NCBI GenBank assembly: GCA_964363045.1
Contig: CAYIGM010000002.1
Coordinates: 1 to 52,787, forward strand
From: an uncultured Candidatus Saccharibacteria bacterium
GTDB taxonomy: Bacteria; Patescibacteriota; Minisyncoccia; GCA-002772825
Length of the DNA: 52,787 nt
Reading direction: 5' to 3'
Shown here: positions 18,565 to 27,700 of the stretch, one piece after another
Numbering within the stretch: the first letter of the stretch is position 1
Layout: every line of letters begins with the position of its first letter
Position numbers and translations under genes: made by a program
Notes under the pieces: generated by a model
What the model was told of the DNA's origin: nothing
Databases searched by the model: none
The model's input: only the letters and a program-made list of their open reading frames with translations

Positions 18565-18599
18565 GATTCCGCATGGCTCACATTGCGGAAATATAGGGC

Positions 18600-21500
18600 T
18601 TAAAATAAGCCTTCCGGGCTGGTGCTAACGGTATTGCCTATAAAATTTATTAAATCAGCGGTAAAATTTGAAACTGCATCTGAAAGAATGCCGAGAATAT
18701 TATTCTCAAACAAAAGATTGGTTAAAGTGGTGGAAGAATTATAGATAGCCAACGCCGCCATTGAGCTGTATCTCATTGTTACCAAATTATGGTCTTTAAA
18801 TTCAGTATCTGATATCTCCACATTGTTTGAATTCTGAATTCTTAATCCAAATGGAAAATTAGCAAAAAATAAAGCGTTTTTTATGCTGACTGGCGACTCG
18901 TCGGCATAAATGCCACCCAGTGATGTTGACCTGGAATAATCCGAACCGGCATAACGCACGGTAAAGCCATTTCCGCTTATAGAGCCTGTTTTTGAGATTT
19001 CAATTCCTCCCCACACTGGGGCTGATAAAGGAGTAGTTGTGCCATCAGCAATAGTTGCTGGAAAAATTGTATCATCATAAAGACTGGTAAAAACAATGTC
19101 ATCCGATTTTTCTCCATCAATCACAAGATTCCCGCCTACTTTCAATACCGCATATAATGATTTCATAACCGCGCCTTTTTCAATCACAAGAGCGGAATCT
19201 TCCGGCACGGCGATATCCGTGCGGTCCATTACATAAGGAAGGGTATCCGCCGCCAAAGTCGTGGTGGAACCGGCAACCGCAATATCGCCGTAAATGACAA
19301 TCCCGTTTATCCTGTTGCCGGAAGCCGAATTGCCGGTAAATCGAGGAAGATTGCCAGTGGCAAAAATAGCTTCATCCGTGTTTGAATTAAAAATATTAGA
19401 ATCAACAGCACCTGGACTTTCTTTAATACTAAGCCCGCGTTCATTATTCTCAATAATATTATCTTTAAATAAGATATTTCCGCTATCAACAAGAACCGCT
19501 GAATCTGTTCCGGAATAGACATATTCATTTTTATTATTGTCCCTAAAGATATTACCCGTTACGGAAGCATCAGAATTCGCCAATTCCAAACCGCGAAAAT
19601 CCGAGTATTCAAAGATTGAATTATTAATAACAACTGAAGAATCAACGACTCTTAAATCGGCGTAAGGATAATAATTCCCGAATCCATAAGTATTATAAGT
19701 CAAGCCGCCATAGCGAAAAATGGTATTATCTAAAACAGACCGACCTGAAATATCACTATCAATATCAACCCCAAACCAGGAACCGGGTCGAGCGGAAGTT
19801 GAGGTGGCATCATTATTAGTATCGCCTCCGTATTCATCATCATAAAAACTGGTAAAAATTATCGGTTCAGCCAGCGTGCCATTTGCGATAAGACTTGCAT
19901 TTTCAAATCTAAAGCCAGCTTTATTATAAAATTTAATCACTACACCCGGTTCAATAGTAAGACTTGACCCATTTTTAAAAACTTTCCACTGATTATCTAC
20001 GATATACGGACTTTTCGCTTTCGTTAATACGATATCTTCTGAAATATCCGAATGATAACCGTCAATAAGAGAAGAAAGACTGTTTTTTGACTTCGGTGTT
20101 CCTGTAATATTATTCCCATCAACATTTTTGCCATTTATCATAAGACCGTTATTCGTGCCCCAATTTTCCGTATCAATACCAACAATAAGCGAATCTATCC
20201 GCTCCATTGTTTGATAACTGGAAGCTGAACCGCCGTGCCAGCCGAGGGGATTCGTATCCGGCATCTTATCAATCGTCGTAGTCGCTTCCCCTTCTTTTTT
20301 ATAAGAGAGTATCAAGGTTTCGCCAGCATTTGAAAGACCTGACCCGCTCCCCGCCCCGCTAAACGGCGCTATCAAATCGGCTTTTATATCGCTGACAGTC
20401 TCGTCATCGCTTCGCTCTATCAGATAATAATCTTTCGCTTTTATCACTCCGGAAAGAGGAATGTAAGGCGCGCCGTCCTCCGCTTCAAGAATCCAATTAT
20501 CAAAAGGGATGTCATAATCAGTATTGTTATAAAGTTCAATCCACTCATCGCTAGAATGGCCTTGAGTGCCAGCCCAAGCCACTTCATTTATAACGACAGC
20601 GGAATTGAAAATTGAAACAGTTTGCGTACTGGTGGCGGAAATATTGCCCGCTTTATCGCGAGCGGAAACACCAAACGAAAAAATTGAATTATTAAGCGCA
20701 TAAACAACGGTGGATGTGGCTGTCGTTGTGGCAAATACGCCGTTAGTATCGGTAATGAAATAATCCAAATCATCAGCAGTTGAAGACCATGAAATATTTA
20801 AAATGGCGCTTGAAGTAAGACAACCCGCGGAGACGAGGGAATTTTCGCATTCTAAAACAAAAAGTGAAATATCGGGCGCTTCCGTATCCGCATCAATAAT
20901 TAAAATCTTACCCGCTGAAGTTGCCTTATCTTCAATACTGGCGCTTACAGACTGAACTTGAGAATCACCAGTTCCCACTCCGGATTGAGGGTCAGATGAT
21001 GTCGCAGGAGGCGCGCCGCCGCCAAAGCCGGGTGCGGGAATTGAAGTTGGCTGAATTTTAGACGCTGATGAAAGAGCCTGAATCGTATTTTGCGTGACGG
21101 CAGGCGCTAGCGCCTGGCTATTTTGAATATTTGCTTGATTACTTAAATTATTCGCTTGAGTTTGAAGCGCCTGAACCGCCAATTGGGCTTGATTCAGCTG
21201 ATATTGAAGAGAGATTAGATTATTACTGGTGGCACTGGACAATACCGGCGCCGCAACAGGCTGATTTGCATTATTTACAGAGTTTGCGACAGCAGAAACA
21301 TTTTCCTGACTTGACGGTTGAATAGCATTTATAACGGATGATGTCTGCGCGATAGATGTGCCCGGGAAGAGATTTTTGATGCCTGAAACAGCGTTATTAT
21401 AAATATTTATAGCGCTATTTATCACGCCTATAATCTTATTAACCGGAGATTTAACACTTGAACTGTCACTTATCGGAATTTTTAAATTATTGATATTATT

Positions 21501-22505
21501 TTTCGCTTCTTCTCCTTGACTGCGAAATAGATCTATGACTCCGGCGCCGTTTATAACCGCTTCACGAGAAAGGCGGGTGAAATAATTTAGTAAAACAATA
21601 GAATCATTGTCTTTTTCTGGTAGGTAATAATTTTCTATTTTTTTATATTCTCCATTTTCATAGATATGAAAAATAGTAATGTTAGCCAATAGAAATTTTT
21701 CATAATTCTCATCTTTACCATACCCAAAATTGTCATCTTTTTCTACAACCTTCGGGTCACTATATTTCGGATCATTAATCGTATCTTTGCTAAAAAAGTA
21801 TTTATTAGAATATTCAGCCAAAGATATAATATACTCATCTATTGAATCCTTCATAACGGGATTATAGCCACTACTTTTAAAACCTTGCGCTATGTCTAAA
21901 GTATCTCTTCTAAACTGCTTATTATATTCTTCATACGGACTTCCATAATCACCGGTCATGTACTGCAACTCATGCGCATGAGTATCATTCCTTGTATGGT
22001 CCGGCACCGTCGCATCCTCCACAAGATGAAGTATGAAACCGAGAGTATAATACGCCTCTTTTTCATTCCCACTAGCATATTCATAGATAGCCCTTTCCCA
22101 TGTCCTATTCCCTTTGAATTCACCGTATTGAGCTTGTAAATTTTGATTATGTATCCAATCCAGTGAAGAAACAGGTTCTTTGCTTGATAATATTACTTTG
22201 GAAAAGTACTTTATACTAAGTGCTGGCCATATACCCGTCTTTTCTCCTGACCAACCTACTTTATATACAGGATCATAGAAATGATTTATCCATCTTGGTG
22301 GCGTATCTTCAGACATAACTCCCTCTATTATCCATTCTTTTTGATCATCTGTGAGTTTATCGTCAAAAAATAAGTTATAAAAATCCACTATCTCATCCGT
22401 AAGGGCAGGGTGAGTAGTTAGGTCATCGTATGCAAAAACAGGATTATAGAGACATAATCCTGCCAAAATTAAAATGCCGATTTTTAGACAATTCCTAAAT
22501 TTCAT
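18600..22505 (-). CDS. Giant secreted protein: phospholipase C/P1-nuclease-like Zn domain + Q/N/S-rich linker + lamin-tail domain + right-handed beta-helix repeats
   Basis: Signal peptide. HLVEDATVPDH has the H-x3-D-x5-H spacing of P1/S1 nuclease and Zn-PLC. VVINEVAWAGTQGHSSDEWIELYNNTDYDIPFDNW is a typical LTD. The C-terminal half has repeated N/S/I-rich beta-helix turns. Confidence 0.85.
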   Translation of the reverse strand: MKFRNCLKIGILILAGLCLYNPVFAYDDLTTHPALTDEIVDFYNLFFDDKLTDDQKEWIIEGVMSEDTPPRWINHFYDPVYKVGWSGEKTGIWPALSIKYFSKVILSSKEPVSSLDWIHNQNLQAQYGEFKGNRTWERAIYEYASGNEKEAYYTLGFILHLVEDATVPDHTRNDTHAHELQYMTGDYGSPYEEYNKQFRRDTLDIAQGFKSSGYNPVMKDSIDEYIISLAEYSNKYFFSKDTINDPKYSDPKVVEKDDNFGYGKDENYEKFLLANITIFHIYENGEYKKIENYYLPEKDNDSIVLLNYFTRLSREAVINGAGVIDLFRSQGEEAKNNINNLKIPISDSSSVKSPVNKIIGVINSAINIYNNAVSGIKNLFPGTSIAQTSSVINAIQPSSQENVSAVANSVNNANQPVAAPVLSSATSNNLISLQYQLNQAQLAVQALQTQANNLSNQANIQNSQALAPAVTQNTIQALSSASKIQPTSIPAPGFGGGAPPATSSDPQSGVGTGDSQVQSVSASIEDKATSAGKILIIDADTEAPDISLFVLECENSLVSAGCLTSSAILNISWSSTADDLDYFITDTNGVFATTTATSTVVYALNNSIFSFGVSARDKAGNISATSTQTVSIFNSAVVINEVAWAGTQGHSSDEWIELYNNTDYDIPFDNWILEAEDGAPYIPLSGVIKAKDYYLIERSDDETVSDIKADLIAPFSGAGSGSGLSNAGETLILSYKKEGEATTTIDKMPDTNPLGWHGGSASSYQTMERIDSLIVGIDTENWGTNNGLMINGKNVDGNNITGTPKSKNSLSSLIDGYHSDISEDIVLTKAKSPYIVDNQWKVFKNGSSLTIEPGVVIKFYNKAGFRFENASLIANGTLAEPIIFTSFYDDEYGGDTNNDATSTSARPGSWFGVDIDSDISGRSVLDNTIFRYGGLTYNTYGFGNYYPYADLRVVDSSVVINNSIFEYSDFRGLELANSDASVTGNIFRDNNKNEYVYSGTDSAVLVDSGNILFKDNIIENNERGLSIKESPGAVDSNIFNSNTDEAIFATGNLPRFTGNSASGNRINGIVIYGDIAVAGSTTTLAADTLPYVMDRTDIAVPEDSALVIEKGAVMKSLYAVLKVGGNLVIDGEKSDDIVFTSLYDDTIFPATIADGTTTPLSAPVWGGIEISKTGSISGNGFTVRYAGSDYSRSTSLGGIYADESPVSIKNALFFANFPFGLRIQNSNNVEISDTEFKDHNLVTMRYSSMAALAIYNSSTTLTNLLFENNILGILSDAVSNFTADLINFIGNTVSTSPEGLF

Positions 22506-22959
22506 TTATTTTCCAAATACCGGATGGGTATTTGATAAATTTTGTATATATTGGTTTTTCAAGTAAAAACCAATCTTCCTCAGTAGAATAACGACCATTA
22601 TCCACATTTTTGCTTATTTCTTTTACATCTTTCAGAAATTCGTCTATATTTTTTGCATTTCCTAGATTATCTCTCCACTCTTCCAGTCTCTCCACCACTA
22701 AATACTTACTCGCCAATTCGTAATCCCCTTTTTCAACGGCGTCAATAAACATCTGTAGGGTCTCTTGCGGGGTTGAGCCGCCATAAGTATCCATTGCTAT
22801 AAGCACCCTGAGCCTATCCTGCTCAGCGTTAAATCTATCCGCCTCTTTCCTCATCTCCCTCAACCATATAAAATCACTATATTTTCCATAGCCATACCAC
22901 CCGCCGGCCCCAATGAGCAAAATTATTAAAACCAGAAAGATTATTTTTTTAGTATTCAT
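22495..22959 (-). CDS. Small membrane-anchored hypothetical protein
   Basis: 154 aa with an N-terminal TM (IIFLVLIILLIGAGGW). Its stop overlaps the start of the 1301-aa gene by 11 nt. Confidence 0.6.
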   Translation of the reverse strand: MNTKKIIFLVLIILLIGAGGWYGYGKYSDFIWLREMRKEADRFNAEQDRLRVLIAMDTYGGSTPQETLQMFIDAVEKGDYELASKYLVVERLEEWRDNLGNAKNIDEFLKDVKEISKNVDNGRYSTEEDWFLLEKPIYTKFIKYPSGIWKINEI

Positions 22960-22971
22960 AATATTCTTATC

Positions 22972-23676
22972 CTATCTTAAATTGATTAAATCTCCAACTT
23001 TCTTATTATCCATTTCCAAGGTCTCATCTTGGAAATTTAGCCACTCACTGATAAAATTGTTAAATTCTTTAAAATCAGCAAAATATTCCGGAAAAGCGCT
23101 CTTATCTAAAAGCATTGATTCTTCCCTATTCTGCCCGATATAATCAAGATAACTTGAATATTTATAATTATTCAAGTTATCTTTCGCCCCCTCTTCATCA
23201 GAAATACCCTTTTCTTTCCACTCCGAGTCAATCAACTTAATAGGGTTTAAGTGAATATAAGCGAATAGATACTTCAAATACTCATCACTATCCACATGAA
23301 CGGCTTTAAATGCTCCCTCAAAAAGCTTCCCCGTTCTTTCGTTTTTCTTATTGAAATACATTGAATAACCTGTGGATAACTTTTTCATAAATACACTAAT
23401 ACCATTTTTTACCCTTTCTTTTGCCAATATATGGAAATGATTCGGCATCAAACAGTAAACCCCAATATCAGTTAGTGTTTCTCCCTTGTTTGCCTCCCCA
23501 AAGGACTGTCCTTTGGGGACTTCCCTTATGTTGACTGGCTTTATGCTATTGCAGAAAAATAATAATTTTATAAATCTTTTTCTATCTTCCTCGTTTAAAA
23601 ATATATCCCTTTTATCATTGCCACGATTATAGATATGATAAAACTCGCCTACTGAGAAAGAAAATTTACGATACAT
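22972..23676 (-). CDS. REP-associated tyrosine transposase (RAYT), IS200/IS605 Y1 HUH superfamily
   Basis: YHIYNRGNDKRDIF, HUH motif in YCLMPNHFHIL and catalytic-Tyr block FAYIHLNPIK. REP-like palindromes lie immediately upstream. Confidence 0.8.
   Translation of the reverse strand: MYRKFSFSVGEFYHIYNRGNDKRDIFLNEEDRKRFIKLLFFCNSIKPVNIREVPKGQSFGEANKGETLTDIGVYCLMPNHFHILAKERVKNGISVFMKKLSTGYSMYFNKKNERTGKLFEGAFKAVHVDSDEYLKYLFAYIHLNPIKLIDSEWKEKGISDEEGAKDNLNNYKYSSYLDYIGQNREESMLLDKSAFPEYFADFKEFNNFISEWLNFQDETLEMDNKKVGDLINLR
23495..23519. repeat. REP-like palindrome inside the RAYT ORF (TCCCCAAAGGAC-T-GTCCTTTGGGGA)
   Basis: Perfect 25-nt palindrome, in frame, encoding PKGQSFG. Confidence 0.8.
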
Positions 23677-23681
23677 ATTTA

Positions 23682-23687
23682 ATTATA
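23682..23687 (-). promoter_or_regulatory. Candidate -10 box for the RAYT gene (leaderless)
   Basis: TATAAT on the minus strand, 5 nt before ATG 23676. The -35 position falls inside the REP copy at 23702-23720. Confidence 0.35.
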
Positions 23688-23701
23688 ATAACACATAAAA
23701 C

Positions 23702-23720
23702 ACAAAGGACAGTCCTTTGT
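23702..23720. repeat. REP-like palindrome ACAAAGGAC-A-GTCCTTTGT
   Basis: Perfect 19-nt palindrome, 26 nt upstream of the RAYT start. Confidence 0.85.
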
Positions 23721-23767
23721 ATGAGAATAAATGTGGATATCTAATATAAGACACTTTAAATACACGC

Positions 23768-23792
23768 AACACAAAGGACTGTCCTTTGTGTG
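23768..23792. repeat. REP-like palindrome AACACAAAGGAC-T-GTCCTTTGTGTT
   Basis: Perfect 25-nt palindrome. Its central base is the complement of that in copy 23702-23720, consistent with an inverted pair (REPIN-like). Confidence 0.85.
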
Positions 23793-23798
23793 TTAGAA

Positions 23799-24467
23799 TT
23801 AAAAGTTGTTGGAAAGAAGAGATTGGAGGTCGTCTGAAGTGTCCGGATTAGCCGCTATCCCTTCTTTTAGAATGGCCTTTGCTTTTGTGTCGTCTTTCAT
23901 ACCAAACTTGTATAATTCATAAAAATTACGATAAATATAGATTTTTGAAGAATCATTAACCAGCGCTTTACGAAAATTCGCTTCCGCTTTTTCATAATCT
24001 TTTAATTCATAAGTGTACAAACTGCCCAAATTGGCAAAAGAGGTTGAATTCAATGGCCTTATCACTCCCGCATACTGCCACACTTCTTCTGCCGTCTCAT
24101 AATCCCCTATTGTCTTTAAATAAACACCTAAAACAAGCCAATTATCAACAAAATCAGAGTTTTTCTTAATTTCCGCTATAATATCCTTTATTCTCAACAA
24201 GTAAGATTCTTTAACATCAACTGGCAAACTATCTTTAAAATAAAATTCCCTATCTAAATCCGGCATTTTAATATTAATTTGACCTAGATTATTATCAATA
24301 TTATTATCATTTGTCTGACTATCAATATCTCCATCATTATTTTTCAAATTCAAAGTGTCAATTTGAATTGATGGTATCGACAATTTATTTAAATCACGCC
24401 AAATATAAAAACTGGTACCGATTACAATAATTAAAATAATAGCTATAAATATATACTTATTTTTCAT
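23799..24467 (-). CDS. TPR-repeat protein with an N-terminal membrane anchor
   Basis: N-terminal TM (YIFIAIILIIVIGTSFYIW). C-terminal W..LG..Y...G.Y..A...Y..A TPR-type repeats. Confidence 0.75.
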   Translation of the reverse strand: MKNKYIFIAIILIIVIGTSFYIWRDLNKLSIPSIQIDTLNLKNNDGDIDSQTNDNNIDNNLGQINIKMPDLDREFYFKDSLPVDVKESYLLRIKDIIAEIKKNSDFVDNWLVLGVYLKTIGDYETAEEVWQYAGVIRPLNSTSFANLGSLYTYELKDYEKAEANFRKALVNDSSKIYIYRNFYELYKFGMKDDTKAKAILKEGIAANPDTSDDLQSLLSNNF

Positions 24468-24487
24468 AAAATTTTATTTTTTAATAA

Positions 24488-24508
24488 TATCAAGGACCGT
24501 CCTTGATA
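24488..24508. repeat. REP-like palindrome TATCAAGGAC-C-GTCCTTGATA
   Basis: Perfect 21-nt palindrome. Shares the core AAGGAC-N-GTCCTT with the copies at 23.5-23.8 kb. Confidence 0.85.
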
Positions 24509-24567
24509 AGGGAATACTAACAACAATAGGATAATAAATATATTTTAGCAAAATTTTGATAAAAAAC

Positions 24568-24600
24568 AATCCCTATCAAGGACCGTCCTTGATAGGGATT
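24568..24600. repeat. REP-like palindrome AATCCCTATCAAGGAC-C-GTCCTTGATAGGGATT
   Basis: Perfect 33-nt palindrome with the same core. Confidence 0.85.
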
Positions 24601-24624
24601 GTAGTTGCTCAAGCTCAACATAGC

Positions 24625-24660
24625 AAAAACCCCCAATCTCTTTCGAGAAAGGGGGTTTTT
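24625..24660 (-). terminator. Intrinsic terminator after the 1183-aa gene (bidirectional shape)
   Basis: AAAAACCCCC ... GGGGGTTTTT with an inner TCTC/GAGA extension, 61 nt downstream of the stop at 24721. Confidence 0.7.
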
Positions 24661-24720
24661 GACTAACCATCAGCCGGTTAACTAAACATTAGCTAGCCGA
24701 ACTGACACAAGAAGGTTAAA

Positions 24721-27700
24721 TTATTGAGACAATACTTCCGCAGTCAAGTTCGTGCCTGGAAGACCAGTTACATTGTAACCGTTTGTCCAGTCATTATTTG
24801 AATTAACTGAAGTTGTAGTGGCGTTTGGTGACCAGATAAAGTCATCATTTGAACCAGCCTCATCATCAACTAGAGTAACGTTGCCCATGAAGCTAGCAAG
24901 CTGTGGATATGCAGCATCACCCTGTAGTTGAGTTGATACTGATGCTCCAGCCGCTGAACTTGCCACTGTGGCAAGAACCTCAAAGTATCGTGTCTGGCCG
25001 GCCGGAATTTGGATGTTGGTAGCTGTTCCGGCAAGGTCCGCAATGATATTTATATCTGTGCTGTTCTGCATTGTAGCTTTATCACTATTCATCATTTTAC
25101 CTCCAGCATTAACACCTGATACCGGTGTTGAGAAGGCTGAATCAGAGTAAGCGTAAGCATTCAAGTTAGTAATAACAGCGGTTGTGGTAGAAACCTGGAC
25201 AGTGAATTTGTACAAGCCCACATCACCGGCTGTATCAGCAGTAATCTTGAATCGTAGAAGCGACTTCGTACCGTTGCTTAAAGTATTTGTAGGAACAGAT
25301 ACTTTAGCGATAGTAGGAAGAGATTTGAACAATCTCAAGCCGTTGACAGCTGTGTCCGCCGTTGAACTGGTGTCGATAGTGGTGCCTGAATTTACGCCAG
25401 TACCTCTGGTGCCGGTTGAATCAGCTCCATCGTAATCAACAGTCACTAAATGACCCTGTGTACCAAGACCAGTTGTGCCGATTGTCGCCAAATCAACTTT
25501 AATTGTCATATACTTGTCAGAATCTTTTGGAACCTGGAAAGTACTTGTCAATGTTGAAGTTGCGTTATTGGCAGTTGTGAAGAACGCTTCACCGACTTGC
25601 GCGCCTGTATCGTAATCATGCAATGTCAGTCTCGCAATGTCATTTCTAGAAGTTGAAGCTGATGTAATCTGCAAAGCAACTCTTGAAATATTGATTGCTT
25701 CGTTTGTCGCATGGAATTTCAATACACCCATTACATTACCTGTTGTACCGGCAACACCCGCTTCTTTAGATGAAGGGCTCTTGCCAGTATCAAGGGTCAC
25801 TGTAAATGAACCGCCTGAAGCCAATGTAATCAACTGACCGTTGGAATCGGTGGCTGTTGGGGTAATTGACTGACCTGAAGTCAAACCGGTTGAAGCGAAT
25901 GTGGCGGCTGAATCAACTCCCCACATATATTTACCAGAAGCATTTCCGGCAATATCGCAATTCAAGCTGATAGTCTTAACTATTCCTTTAGAAACAACCA
26001 ATCCCGTGCCATCAAATGTAAATGATGTTGATGAACCGGCGGCTGAAGGATTAACAGCGTTTGAACCTGTAGTCAATTTAGTTGAACCATCATATAAGGC
26101 GCAACTTGTAAGACTGGTGGCTGAACCGTCGCCTGACACGCCGTAAGCCAAAGGCACTGATGACATTCTAATGTCTTCGCCTGAAGCGGTCGCGTCAAAG
26201 TAGTAATTAGCAAAAATGAATGAACCTCCCGCCACAACCGTCTGAGCGGCCGGGTCTGGAGATACAGAGATTGCCAATGAACCTGACTTCACTGTCATTG
26301 TGTTAGCAGAAACTGCTGATGTAGGTGAAGGGGTTATTGAATTGCCCGTAGTCTGACCTGTGACAGTCGTCCAATTTGATGAAGGGGTTGTAGAAGCCTG
26401 AACTGTATCGTTATTTACGAAATCAGTGCCAATCTTGCCTTTCAAAGTGAACAAATGCTGGCCGACAGGGAAGGTGACCGTATCAGCGAATGTAGCCGTA
26501 CCGCCCGTTCCTGTGCCTGAACCGTCTACCGGACCGGCAACCACATTGCCATTTTCATCAACCAAAGTGATGCTGGTAATGTCGTTTACTCCTTGAGTCG
26601 TTCCTGATGTTCTGACAATCAAGAAATTGAAGATTAAATTTGCGACAGACACCTGTTCTCCTTTAGCTTCCACCAAGAAACCGCCAAGAGCCTGGTCTGC
26701 CACATTCTCAGCAATGTTCTGGGCCGCTACAGTAGAAGCTTTCTGAACATTGAGTGAACCTGTTGATACTGTGACTTCGTAAGCATCATACCAAGGGTTT
26801 GTTGATTGGTGGAATGCGCCGTCGTCCGTACCTGAAGTATCAGTTCCGTTTGGAGGAGTTATGCCGTAACCGTAAGTCTCTCCAACGATATTGATATCCG
26901 TTGTCTTGTAGATATCAAAATCAATCCCTCTGCCTGAACCGCCAGCGATATCACCTTTGATAGAAACTTCTTTGAAGCCTCCTTTGTCAATGACAATACC
27001 TGAACTGAAATTTGAAGTGTAATACTTACCGTCTGATGAAACCTCTACATCATAAGCTGTTCCATCAACATAAGTCTTTATGTTCGCAACATCTGAAGAT
27101 GCGGCTGAACCTGACTGATTCCATCTGATTGATTTCAATCTGACTTTTTCAGCTGAACCGGCTGTTACATTAACAGATGTGAATGTGTAACCTGTTGTGC
27201 CTATCTCTTTGCTCTGGCTTGAACCAGGATTTAGAGAACCGAGACTCATTGCCACTGAACCGATTGTAAGTGACGCGTTGATTGTGTGTCCAGCTCCTGT
27301 AATAGGAAGCGCTCCCGATACATTAACTGAAGTGTTTACTCCCACTACTGAAAGGTAAGCAACCTGACCTGCTCTTGTGGAGTTGTCAGCTACCATATTA
27401 CCGGCAATAGTGATAGTTCTTGTCTGTCCGGCTTTAACAACAAATGAATCACCGGCTGTTGCCTGATGAAGTGAATTCAATGTTTTAGCAATGCCAATCT
27501 GATTTCCATTTTCGTCCAAAAGGACAACTCCGGAAAATACGGCATCTTGAGCCAAACCTGTTCTTTCAACAAGGATTGAATTTACAGTAATGTCTCCATC
27601 CGTTGAAGCTGTCAAAGCAACTTTAGTGAATGGAAGATTAGCGGCGCTATTTACTGCCAGTGTTGCCGCTGGCTGAGCTACCGATGAAACTGTAAGTCCC

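Noticed and set aside
23495-24600. Palindrome cluster as a possible CRISPR array.
   Set aside because: The repeats are perfect palindromes of differing length (19-33 nt) with irregular spacing (about 50-700 nt). They are interleaved with genes, and no cas genes are present.
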